Of a stretch of DNA of 64,000 bases, positions 27,400-36,303 are shown piece by piece; the first letter of the stretch is position 1, and each line of letters opens with the position of its first letter. The position numbers were made by a program, and so were the translations under genes. Origin of the DNA: Chitinophagales bacterium (GTDB lineage Bacteria > Bacteroidota > Bacteroidia > Chitinophagales > JADJOU01); contig JAEUUY010000023.1 in the NCBI GenBank assembly GCA_016787225.1, forward strand, positions 19,441-83,440, in the 5' to 3' direction. The notes beneath the pieces are model-generated. The model was not told where the DNA came from and searched no databases. It was given only the letters and a program-made list of their open reading frames with translations.

Positions 27400-27981
27400 C
27401 TAAGAAGTTATTTCACTTCTAATTCTGGATAATGTAGAATTTGTAATGCCTAAGTATGAAGCTATTTGTTTTAAAGGAGCATTTTGAATAATCTCTGGAA
27501 ATTGGTTTGCCAAGGCAGTATATCTTTCTAATGCTGGTGTTGATATTAAGTCAATGCTTCTGGCTTTATATTCGATAAGTGATTCTGTCATCCATAGTCT
27601 TCCCCATTCTCTAAATTTTGGTACCGTGTGAAACAAATTTTGAAAACTATCTAAACTTATTATGTAAACCTTGCAATCTGTAATAGCTTGTATAGATTCT
27701 TTTGCTCTCTCTTGTTTAAATAATGATGCTACGTCAATAGCTATTTGATTCCTAGTAAAAAAATTTGTAGTGACTTCATTTCCTTTCAAGTCATTAACGA
27801 ATGAACGCATTATTCCTGATTCAATACAATAATACTCATTAGAAATTTGCCCCCTTTTTATGAAATATGCATTCCGCTTTATCTCAAAAGGAGTATGACT
27901 GTTTAGGATTAATTGAACTTCTTCATAAGTATAACGATTCAGGTTATAAACTTTATTTAAAGCACTAGGTATTATGTTCAT
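27400..27981 (-). CDS. Crp/Fnr family transcriptional regulator
   Basis: 193 aa. cNMP-binding-like barrel plus a C-terminal HTH (PLKQIASYLGITNSTLSRIR). Confidence 0.85.
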   Translation of the reverse strand: MNIIPSALNKVYNLNRYTYEEVQLILNSHTPFEIKRNAYFIKRGQISNEYYCIESGIMRSFVNDLKGNEVTTNFFTRNQIAIDVASLFKQERAKESIQAITDCKVYIISLDSFQNLFHTVPKFREWGRLWMTESLIEYKARSIDLISTPALERYTALANQFPEIIQNAPLKQIASYLGITNSTLSRIRSEITS

Positions 27982-27987
27982 CCTATT

Positions 27988-28647
27988 TTATATTGTCTCT
28001 GTTTTTCGGTGCTTTGGGTGATACTGCGAAGTAAATTTTCCTATATATTTCGCTCCACTATAAATCAAGCTTGGCATTTTTAAATTATCAATATCGGTTT
28101 GATTTACTCTCCGATGGATAGGATGCAATGTTCCTCCTTTCTCACCTGGTTTTACATGCGGGTCATATTGAAATTCTGGATCGACCAAAGTACCTCTCGG
28201 ATACATAATGCCTGGTCTTCCCTGCCCTATGATAACTAAATTCTCTGGGTGGTCAAGTCCCAAAGTATGTCCGTACTCATGTGCACCTGTAGTAGAACCT
28301 GCATAGAGGTTTTCGATAAACATATATCCTGTATTGGAGCCCACACCATCGACCCACGAGATATTCAGTGGTGAGAAATCCTCTACTCTGAAGTAATTGT
28401 TTCGTGGATTGGTATTGGATAGAACCTCTTCTACTGATAGGTTTGGAACATAGAATCCATTCATCTTAAAAACCACTTGATATCGCTCACCTTCCAATTC
28501 AATCATCCCCTCTGGCTCATTCCACAATTCCTCTATTTCTCGATAAAATTGACTGGTTACTTCCTCTGATGCTAAATCACCGTATAAATAGAAATCAGAA
28601 CTAATTTGGACAATTCTTTCAGATTTTAAAATTTCGATTTCTCCCAT
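27988..28647 (-). CDS. Metzincin-type zinc metalloprotease, no signal peptide
   Basis: 219 aa. HEYGHTLGLDH fits HExxHxxGxxH exactly. There is no N-terminal hydrophobic segment. Confidence 0.7.
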   Translation of the reverse strand: MGEIEILKSERIVQISSDFYLYGDLASEEVTSQFYREIEELWNEPEGMIELEGERYQVVFKMNGFYVPNLSVEEVLSNTNPRNNYFRVEDFSPLNISWVDGVGSNTGYMFIENLYAGSTTGAHEYGHTLGLDHPENLVIIGQGRPGIMYPRGTLVDPEFQYDPHVKPGEKGGTLHPIHRRVNQTDIDNLKMPSLIYSGAKYIGKFTSQYHPKHRKTETI

Positions 28648-28648
28648 G

Positions 28649-29653
28649 TTATAATTTTTCTAGTTCCCTTACAGCTTCGATCATGGTCGTATCAAAGTTT
28701 CTAGCATTTTGAAAGGCGTTTTTAGCCAATGGTTTATTTCCTAAGGCTAATTGGGCTTTACCGATCATATAATAGGCCAAGGCGTGTTTAGGATCCATTT
28801 GAACACAGATTTGCATTTTCTTGAGCGCTTTTTCAAATTGCTTTTGTTCATAGGCTATGACGCCGAGGTTATAGATAGCATCTGCGTTTTGAGGAGATTC
28901 TAATACTAGGTCTTCATATATTTTTTCTGCATCTTTTAGTTTACCTTGTGATTTGAGATAATAGGCTTTCTGTAGAATGGCAGAAGAATTATTTTTATTA
29001 GCTTTTACTGCATTGTCGTAAAATTTAAGACAAAGATCATCTTTTTTGTCAGCATAAATATCGCCTAGTATTTCAAAGGGCGCATCCCATGTCGGGTCTT
29101 GCTCTGTGGCAGTGGTTAAATTTGAGATTGCTTTATCTATTTGATTGGATTCTTTGTAGACAAGACCTTTGAAGAAGTATGCCTCTGGATAGTATACGTC
29201 TCGCTTCAAGGCATTGTTTAAATGATTGATGGCATCTTGATATTTTTTTAGTATTAAACTATATTTACCTTGCAAAACATGATAACGGGCATTCTCAGGA
29301 TCTAGACGAATGGCAAAATCCAAGGCATCGATGCCCCTTTGAACATTCGCATTTTGAACGAAAAACTCAGCTAGTGTCTCATAATAGATTGGCTTAGTTG
29401 AATCATAGCTGACCATTTTATAAAAATCATTGAGTGCTTTTTCATTTTCGAAGTTCTGCCATAATAAATTTCCCCTTTGATAATAAAGAAAAGCATTTTT
29501 GGGCGAATCAATAATCTTCTCAGAAAGAATCGCAATCTCCTTTTCTATAGGTGAATTCGTAGGTAGGTTTTGATTAGGTTTTTCTTTTTTGTCGAATAAC
29601 TGACAAGCGGATAAAAAACATAATATGATAACAACAACCTTTAAATACTTCAT
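28649..29653 (-). CDS. TPR-repeat lipoprotein
   Basis: 334 aa. Lipobox (CFLSAC) followed by multiple TPR units (AxxYYxxGxxxxxxxxxxxAIxxF-like). Confidence 0.8.
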   Translation of the reverse strand: MKYLKVVVIILCFLSACQLFDKKEKPNQNLPTNSPIEKEIAILSEKIIDSPKNAFLYYQRGNLLWQNFENEKALNDFYKMVSYDSTKPIYYETLAEFFVQNANVQRGIDALDFAIRLDPENARYHVLQGKYSLILKKYQDAINHLNNALKRDVYYPEAYFFKGLVYKESNQIDKAISNLTTATEQDPTWDAPFEILGDIYADKKDDLCLKFYDNAVKANKNNSSAILQKAYYLKSQGKLKDAEKIYEDLVLESPQNADAIYNLGVIAYEQKQFEKALKKMQICVQMDPKHALAYYMIGKAQLALGNKPLAKNAFQNARNFDTTMIEAVRELEKL

Positions 29654-29736
29654 GGATATAGAATTATAAGTTAAGCCCTGATAAAAAATTCACCAAGATG
29701 ACACAAAAATAAGTAAAGAAAAGGGAAATTAGAATC

Positions 29737-30081
29737 TTAGTTTCTCTTATGATGAGGAATATCCTCTAAAAGTAAGTTACTACTAATCGTATCAGAGCTG
29801 TGTAAATTTGGATCGTTCGTGGAACGAATAGTTGTTGAATTTATAGAAGGATTTTCTTCAATACTATTTGTGGAGGTATTTTCACTAGGCGCTGTGTTTT
29901 GATTTTTTGATATTACCTGTACGGTCTTATTGGATTCAGTATCCGTAGGTGTATGTATTTGGTTATCGTCGGTCATAGACTTATTGATATCCTTTATCAA
30001 AGGAAAAAGAACCGTAGAGGATATAACAATAGCCCCAACCGCAGAAGCTACAGCAATTTTAATTGAATTACTTAATGGCAT
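29737..30081 (-). CDS. Small N-terminally anchored Ser/Thr/Asn-rich protein (tandem paralog A)
   Basis: 114 aa. A single TM (IAVASAVGAIVISSTVLFPLI) followed by a low-complexity tail. Confidence 0.4.
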   Translation of the reverse strand: MPLSNSIKIAVASAVGAIVISSTVLFPLIKDINKSMTDDNQIHTPTDTESNKTVQVISKNQNTAPSENTSTNSIEENPSINSTTIRSTNDPNLHSSDTISSNLLLEDIPHHKRN

Positions 30082-30090
30082 TTTCTATTA

Positions 30091-30420
30091 TTAAAAGCTT
30101 TTTTTTGTAGGTAGCTCATCTTGAAGCATTTCAGATTTCAATGGATTTTTATAGTTTTCGTCACTAGAAATCAGATTTAAACTATCTTCGCTAACCTTGA
30201 CACTTGGATTTTCCAAATATGAAGCTGTGGACTCATCCTTGATTTCTATTTGAGATTCAACTTTATTTAAATCATAACTTTTTTCAGTACTAATTGTATT
30301 TTTCTCAGCAGTATTATTAAATAAGGCATTAATATTACTAATAACAGGGAAAAAATATGTAACACTCCCTGTCAAAACAAGAAAAGCCGATATAATACCA
30401 TATAATGCCGCCTTTGACAT
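30091..30420 (-). CDS. Small N-terminally anchored Ser/Thr/Asn-rich protein (tandem paralog B)
   Basis: 109 aa. Same architecture as its neighbour (LYGIISAFLVLTGSVTYFFPVI + tail). Confidence 0.4.
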   Translation of the reverse strand: MSKAALYGIISAFLVLTGSVTYFFPVISNINALFNNTAEKNTISTEKSYDLNKVESQIEIKDESTASYLENPSVKVSEDSLNLISSDENYKNPLKSEMLQDELPTKKSF

Positions 30421-31175
30421 TGTGCAAAAATTTAGTTTAAATGAATTTAAAAATTTAGTTTTATTTGGGGTCTAAAACTATAACTAGTGCAAATGTAGTA
30501 AAAAAAATACAAAATTCTAAAGAAATGTAGTTTATTATAGAATTAACTAGATATTTATTTGATTAATAAATTTTTATGAAATTGTTAATTTTTATCATTA
30601 GTTCTGATTAATACCGAATTATGTTTTAAAATCTTAGGTCGTCTGCTTATTTTAGTTAACTAGATAATATAATTGATCTTCACAGCAAAAGTATACAAAA
30701 AGAATATTTGAAGTTAACCAAACTAATGACCATAATTCTAAATTTTTACAATTAATCTTAATAATAAATTAAATAATTCTGCCTTACTGAATATTTTGTT
30801 AGACAATTAATTCTTAGGTTTCAATTCTTGGTTAGAAAAAATATAAAAAAACTCCCTAATCTCAAAGGATAAGACTTGTGTTGTGATTCATGGGTTCATC
30901 TAACTGCAGTAAACAGGACCTCGTCCGATCTAAAATGAAGAAGTTGTTCATTCTTTTTCATTCCTCGTTTGACATCGAAGCTAACGGATAAAGTAAAAAT
31001 CTAACCAAGACTTTGAATTCATTGTGATTGAACCCTCTCTGCAGGTGAACCTCTACATTATGCCATTAGCTTAAACATTAAAACCAACCTCCTCAAGTAA
31101 ACAATTCATATTAAATGAAATCATTGAACCGCTAATCTAACTTTCCTTAACTTTGTATTTCATTTATTTAGCTAA

Positions 31176-33542
31176 TTGAAAGCAGGTTTATTATTTTGGT
31201 TTCTTTTATTGTTTTACAACTATACCTATTGTCAGAATATTGGTATTAGAGACACTATTTATATCACACAATGTGATACGAGTCATAGAGGCATTATGTC
31301 TTTTGATATAGAAAAAATTAAAAACGATGTTCATTCCAATTCTGGCAAAGCCGTAAGTCCTACTGTTTATATTTCTACAGCCAATGGTGGTATTATCAAG
31401 GTCATCAATGTCACTACCAATCCCACCATAGTCAATGTATGCAATCTAAGCTATTCATGGACTGATATCGCTATCAATAAAGATAAGGATATTTATATGA
31501 CCACAACCAGTGCTATTGTCAAAGTAAAGGAATCAAACTGTACCGCACAGACTTTCTTCAACAATCCTGAATATTATATGGTTGCTCTTTCATTTGACAC
31601 GAAGAATAATCTATATATATCAAACGGTACCGAAGTTCTTCGATTCAATAACTCTTCGGGAAGTCCTACCCTATGGAAAGATTTTGGGTCAGGTACTGCT
31701 AGTGGTGACTTCGTAATGAAAAATGACAAAATGTACATTTCATGGGATAATGGAGGTGTAGATTTATACGAAGTGACGGTCGATGCCAATATCAACTATA
31801 TTTCTCATAAGAATAAATGTAGAATCAAATCAAAGACATATGGATTAGCCAGCGAACTAGGTCAGTTGTACGGAATAACACCAACCGAACTTTATAAGAT
31901 AGACGAAGAAAAATGTCAATACACAACTGTTTTATCAAATAATTCTGGCGTATCATGGTATGGTGCTGCTGGATATCACGAAGCACAGAGCTCTGTCACG
32001 GCCCATCTCACCTACACCGATGCAGTTAAACTATCTAACACTATAGGCGGTATTTGGAAGAACACAGTTCCTTATAATCAAATTATCTACGTAGCTATCA
32101 ATGATAAAATTCGCGATAGTATATTGATTTATCCAGTGAAGATAAGTATCATACCTAGTATAAAAACTAATGAGTCAAAAACGATTTGTCGAGGTACTAG
32201 CTACAAAGGATATTCACAGGAAGGAAGCTACATTCAAAAATTAAAGTCGAAAGATGGCTGTGATAGTACACACAATATTGAATTAAAAATCCAAGATACT
32301 ATTTTCCATTCAATCAATGTTGCCATTTGTGAAGGAGAATCATATAAGAATTATAACACGAGTGGCACCTATAAAGACACCCATAAAACCAACAATAGTT
32401 GCGATAGTATAGTAACAATACGATTAATAGTAAACCCTAAGCCTATTGTAACAAAACATAAAACGATATGTCAAGGTAAGATATATGCTGGAAGGACAAC
32501 TTCTGGCAGTTATCGTGATACTTTTAAAACCAAGGCAGGCTGTGATAGTATTCGCATTCTCCACCTTACAGTCATCACTATCCCTAAACCCATAGTCGAT
32601 AAAGATGCTTGTATAGTTTCCAATCAAAGATTTAAATTCTATAGTCAAATTATAACTGCCCCAGGTATCTATATTGACTCCACTAATCATATCGAAGAAT
32701 GTGACAGTATTTTTAGGCTACATGTCCACCTAGAGATTCCCAAGTCCGATACTATGGCTTATACCAAGTGTCAGGGTTATATCTTTAAAGATATTCAATT
32801 AATGAGCGACACCTCCCTTTTTGATACCCTTCGCAGTTGGCTAGGCTGCGATAGTATCTACCGTCTGCATCGAATCAATATTCAAAAGCTCCTCCCTTCT
32901 TCTGCTATTACCAGATTTTACTGTGATACCTTTCAATATAGAAACAATGTATACGATTATAATAGTACTGTACGAGATACTCTTCGATACAGTTTCTATC
33001 CTTATTGCGATAGCTTACATAGAGTGTTTCAATATAGAAAAGCACCAAAACCAACCATCAGCATATATACTACCTCTGGAAATTATCTAGTAAAAGGAGA
33101 AGCTATGACGATAGCAGCTAAAGGTGCAGATAGCTATCTCTGGTCCACCAACGAGACCACGGCTGCCATTCGCATTCAGCCTGCACAAAATTCCAAATAC
33201 TGGGCGATAGGTAGCAATGAATATAGATGCCTAGATACTACATTTATTGATATTGAGGTCGAAGATTTCATTCACTTTGATTTACCAGCTGCCTTCACTC
33301 CCAATGGCGATGGCAATAACGATGAATGGACTCCAAATAGCAGTGGTGAATACCGTATAGTCCATTTGGATATATTTAATCGATGGGGAGAAAAAGTATT
33401 TTCTGGCGATAATAAAACAAGAAGCTGGAATGGAACCTATAAAGGTCAAATGCAGAATGCAGGTTTATTCACCTATTATATACTTGTAGAGAAAAATCGA
33501 AGATTGTTTGAACGAAAAGGAAGTTTTACTTTAATGAGGTAA
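31176..33542 (+). CDS. Secreted T9SS type-B (gliding-motility-associated) C-terminal-domain protein with six Cys-containing internal repeats
   Basis: 788 aa. TTG start straight after an in-frame stop. Signal peptide. C-terminal AFTPNGDGNNDEW...F..RWGE motif. Six ~47-aa repeats of the form CxGxxY...G(S/T)Y...(G)CDSxxxLxL. Confidence 0.8.
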   Translation: MKAGLLFWFLLLFYNYTYCQNIGIRDTIYITQCDTSHRGIMSFDIEKIKNDVHSNSGKAVSPTVYISTANGGIIKVINVTTNPTIVNVCNLSYSWTDIAINKDKDIYMTTTSAIVKVKESNCTAQTFFNNPEYYMVALSFDTKNNLYISNGTEVLRFNNSSGSPTLWKDFGSGTASGDFVMKNDKMYISWDNGGVDLYEVTVDANINYISHKNKCRIKSKTYGLASELGQLYGITPTELYKIDEEKCQYTTVLSNNSGVSWYGAAGYHEAQSSVTAHLTYTDAVKLSNTIGGIWKNTVPYNQIIYVAINDKIRDSILIYPVKISIIPSIKTNESKTICRGTSYKGYSQEGSYIQKLKSKDGCDSTHNIELKIQDTIFHSINVAICEGESYKNYNTSGTYKDTHKTNNSCDSIVTIRLIVNPKPIVTKHKTICQGKIYAGRTTSGSYRDTFKTKAGCDSIRILHLTVITIPKPIVDKDACIVSNQRFKFYSQIITAPGIYIDSTNHIEECDSIFRLHVHLEIPKSDTMAYTKCQGYIFKDIQLMSDTSLFDTLRSWLGCDSIYRLHRINIQKLLPSSAITRFYCDTFQYRNNVYDYNSTVRDTLRYSFYPYCDSLHRVFQYRKAPKPTISIYTTSGNYLVKGEAMTIAAKGADSYLWSTNETTAAIRIQPAQNSKYWAIGSNEYRCLDTTFIDIEVEDFIHFDLPAAFTPNGDGNNDEWTPNSSGEYRIVHLDIFNRWGEKVFSGDNKTRSWNGTYKGQMQNAGLFTYYILVEKNRRLFERKGSFTLMR

Positions 33543-33628
33543 TAATTTGTGTTATTAAATTATCAAAGAAATTTCACTGCAATTATTACTACTCCTATAA
33601 ATTTGCTTTTCATTAAAAAAACCTAACA

Positions 33629-34519
33629 ATGAATGTATCCGTAATAGGAGCTGGCACCATGGGCAATGGGATAGCTCACGTCTTTGCACAATCAGGGCAT
33701 AAAGTTAATCTCATTGATGTATCTCAACCTGCACTCGACAAGGCACTGTCGACTATTGCTGCCAATCTAGACAGACAAGTATCCAAAGGAACCATAGATG
33801 AAGCGACCAAAAATTCAACTCTCGGTAATTTAACGACACTTACCGATATACCAAGAGGAGTCCAGTCGGCTGAAATTATTGTGGAAGCAGCCACCGAGAA
33901 TCAAGATTTAAAGCTCAAAATATTCTCTCAAATAGATGAACATGCTCCAGCTAATGCTATTTTAGCGAGCAATACTTCATCGATTTCTATCACCAAAATA
34001 GCTGCTGCTACTAAAAGACCAAACAAAGTAATAGGTATGCACTTTATGAATCCAGTGCCTATCATGAAGCTAGTGGAGATTATAAATGGCTATGCTACCG
34101 ATAAAGAAGTAACTAAAACGATTATGGATTTATCTATACAACTTGGAAAAATTCCAGTTGAGGTCAATGATTATCCAGGATTTGTAGCCAATAGAATTTT
34201 GATGCCTATGATCAATGAATCGATATGTACCCTCTTCGAAGGTGTAGCTGGTGTGGCTGAGATTGATACTGTGATGAAACTAGGAATGGCTCATCCTATG
34301 GGACCTCTACAATTAGCTGATTTTATAGGTCTTGATGTGTGTCTAGCTATACTTCGTGTCATGCATGAAGGTTTCGGCAATCCCAAATATGCACCTTGTC
34401 CATTACTCGTCAATATGGTTACAGCGGGGTATCTTGGAAAGAAATCAGGTGAAGGCTTCTACGACTATTCAAATAAAGAAAGTAAAGAGCTTGTGGTGAG
34501 TAAAATGTTTAATTCATAA
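33629..34519 (+). CDS. hbd: 3-hydroxybutyryl-CoA (3-hydroxyacyl-CoA) dehydrogenase
   Basis: 296 aa. VIGAGTMGNGIA Rossmann motif, and NTSSISIT and HFMNPVP motifs. Confidence 0.9.
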   Translation: MNVSVIGAGTMGNGIAHVFAQSGHKVNLIDVSQPALDKALSTIAANLDRQVSKGTIDEATKNSTLGNLTTLTDIPRGVQSAEIIVEAATENQDLKLKIFSQIDEHAPANAILASNTSSISITKIAAATKRPNKVIGMHFMNPVPIMKLVEIINGYATDKEVTKTIMDLSIQLGKIPVEVNDYPGFVANRILMPMINESICTLFEGVAGVAEIDTVMKLGMAHPMGPLQLADFIGLDVCLAILRVMHEGFGNPKYAPCPLLVNMVTAGYLGKKSGEGFYDYSNKESKELVVSKMFNS

Positions 34520-34572
34520 ATGAAAAAAGCATTATCTTGTATTCAATTATTAAACTTTAAACTACAACTATT

Positions 34573-35496
34573 ATGATGTATTCATGGATTCCTTTATTAG
34601 TATTTGGATTGATTATCCTATTCAGTGGTCTGGTAACGGTGCAGCAAGGCACGGTTGCGGTGATTACTATGTTTGGCAAGTACCGTCGTGTACTACAACC
34701 TGGATTAAATTTCAAAATTCCTTTGATAGAGCAAATATTCAAAAGAATATCTATACAGAATAGATCAGCAGAGTTAGAATTTACAGCCATAACGATAGAT
34801 CAAGCGAATGTCAATTTCAAAGCTATGCTTCTGTATTCTGTAATTGATGCGGCTGATGATACGATTAAAAATGTTGCATTCAAATTCGTAGATGACCGAA
34901 ACTTTATGCAAGCGCTTGTGAGAAGTATAGAGGGTTCTATAAGGGCGTTTGTAGCTACCAAAAAGCAAAGTGAGGTTCTAGGCTTGCGCAAAGAAATAAC
35001 ACATGAAGTAAAAGACCATTTGGATTCTACGCTGGCTGAGTGGGGTTTTCACCTACTAGATTTACAACTTAATGATATTACCTTCGATGAGGCTATTATG
35101 CGTTCGATGGCACAGGTTGTGGCTTCTAATAATTTAAAGGCAGCAGCTGAAAATGAAGGTCAAGCACTATTGATAACCAAAACCAAGGCAGCAGAAGCTG
35201 ATGGAAATGCCATAAAAATCCAGGCTCAAGCAGAAAAAGAAGCAGCACAACTGCGAGGTCAAGGTCTAGCGCTGTTCAGAGAAGAGGTAGCAAAGGGTAT
35301 GGCGCAAGCAGCGAAAGAAATGCAAGATGCTAATTTGGACGCTTCTTTGGTTATGTTTTCTATCTGGACGGAATCTATCAAACATTTCGCAGAGCAAGGC
35401 AAAGGAAATGTTCTATTCTTGGATGGCTCTACGGAAGGATTTGAAAAAACCTTGAAACAAATGCAGGGCATGCAATTATTGAAGGAGGTTAAATAA
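34573..35496 (+). CDS. SPFH/band-7 (stomatin/prohibitin-like) domain protein
   Basis: 307 aa. N-terminal TM, then an SPFH core (QGTVAVITMFGKYRRVLQPGLNFKIP) and an Ala/Glu-rich coiled coil. Confidence 0.85.
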   Translation: MMYSWIPLLVFGLIILFSGLVTVQQGTVAVITMFGKYRRVLQPGLNFKIPLIEQIFKRISIQNRSAELEFTAITIDQANVNFKAMLLYSVIDAADDTIKNVAFKFVDDRNFMQALVRSIEGSIRAFVATKKQSEVLGLRKEITHEVKDHLDSTLAEWGFHLLDLQLNDITFDEAIMRSMAQVVASNNLKAAAENEGQALLITKTKAAEADGNAIKIQAQAEKEAAQLRGQGLALFREEVAKGMAQAAKEMQDANLDASLVMFSIWTESIKHFAEQGKGNVLFLDGSTEGFEKTLKQMQGMQLLKEVK

Positions 35497-35574
35497 GCTA
35501 ATGTTTCATTAGAAAATTTTAGCTCAAACTACCTGATTAATTTGACTCTGAACTTACAACTATAAACTCGAAGT

Positions 35575-36303
35575 TTGCGAAAAAGAGATTTACATAGTTT
35601 ACCCAATTTGTTTACGGCAGCTAATTTGATTTCTGGTGCTAGTTGTGTTTTTGCATTGGTAACTAGATATGACAACCTCGTACCTTATTGTATAATTTTT
35701 AGTCTCATCTGCGACTTTCTAGATGGCTTTGTAGCGCGTAAAATGAATATTCAATCAAATATTGGTAAGGAATTGGATTCCTTGGCAGATGTTATTAGTT
35801 TCGGATTAGTGCCAGGCTTTATGCTCTTGAGAATGTTTAATCCTGAATTGCAATTTCAATTTGACCTAAGTGGAATATTGTTATTCATTTTACCACTAAC
35901 GATTCCTATATATTCAGCTTTCCGACTAGCTAAGTTTAATCTGGAAACTCGTGATTCGGAGTATTTCTATGGCCTCAATACACCATCGAATACCCTCATG
36001 ATACTCGGAATTTACCTTTCCTGGCTCAGCAATGATTTTAATCTCATTAATTTATTTGATAAAAATATATTTCTACTTATTGGCATTGTTGTATTGATAA
36101 ACTATTTATTAATCAGCAATACTCCCATGTTTTCGAATAAATCAATAAAGAAACAGTTTCGAGGAAACTTGCCTTTTATCCTAGTGGGCATTATTGGTGT
36201 TACGGGAATACTTATATTTAAATATCTGGGTATTTCTATAGCGATATTATCATATGTATTACTATCACTTCTGGTTTTGAGATGGAAGGTGGTGAAGTTA
36301 TAG
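35575..36303 (+). CDS. pssA: CDP-diacylglycerol--serine O-phosphatidyltransferase
   Basis: 242 aa (TTG start). CDP-alcohol phosphatidyltransferase motif DFLDGFVARK...GKELDSLADVISFG. Confidence 0.85.
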   Translation: MRKRDLHSLPNLFTAANLISGASCVFALVTRYDNLVPYCIIFSLICDFLDGFVARKMNIQSNIGKELDSLADVISFGLVPGFMLLRMFNPELQFQFDLSGILLFILPLTIPIYSAFRLAKFNLETRDSEYFYGLNTPSNTLMILGIYLSWLSNDFNLINLFDKNIFLLIGIVVLINYLLISNTPMFSNKSIKKQFRGNLPFILVGIIGVTGILIFKYLGISIAILSYVLLSLLVLRWKVVKL

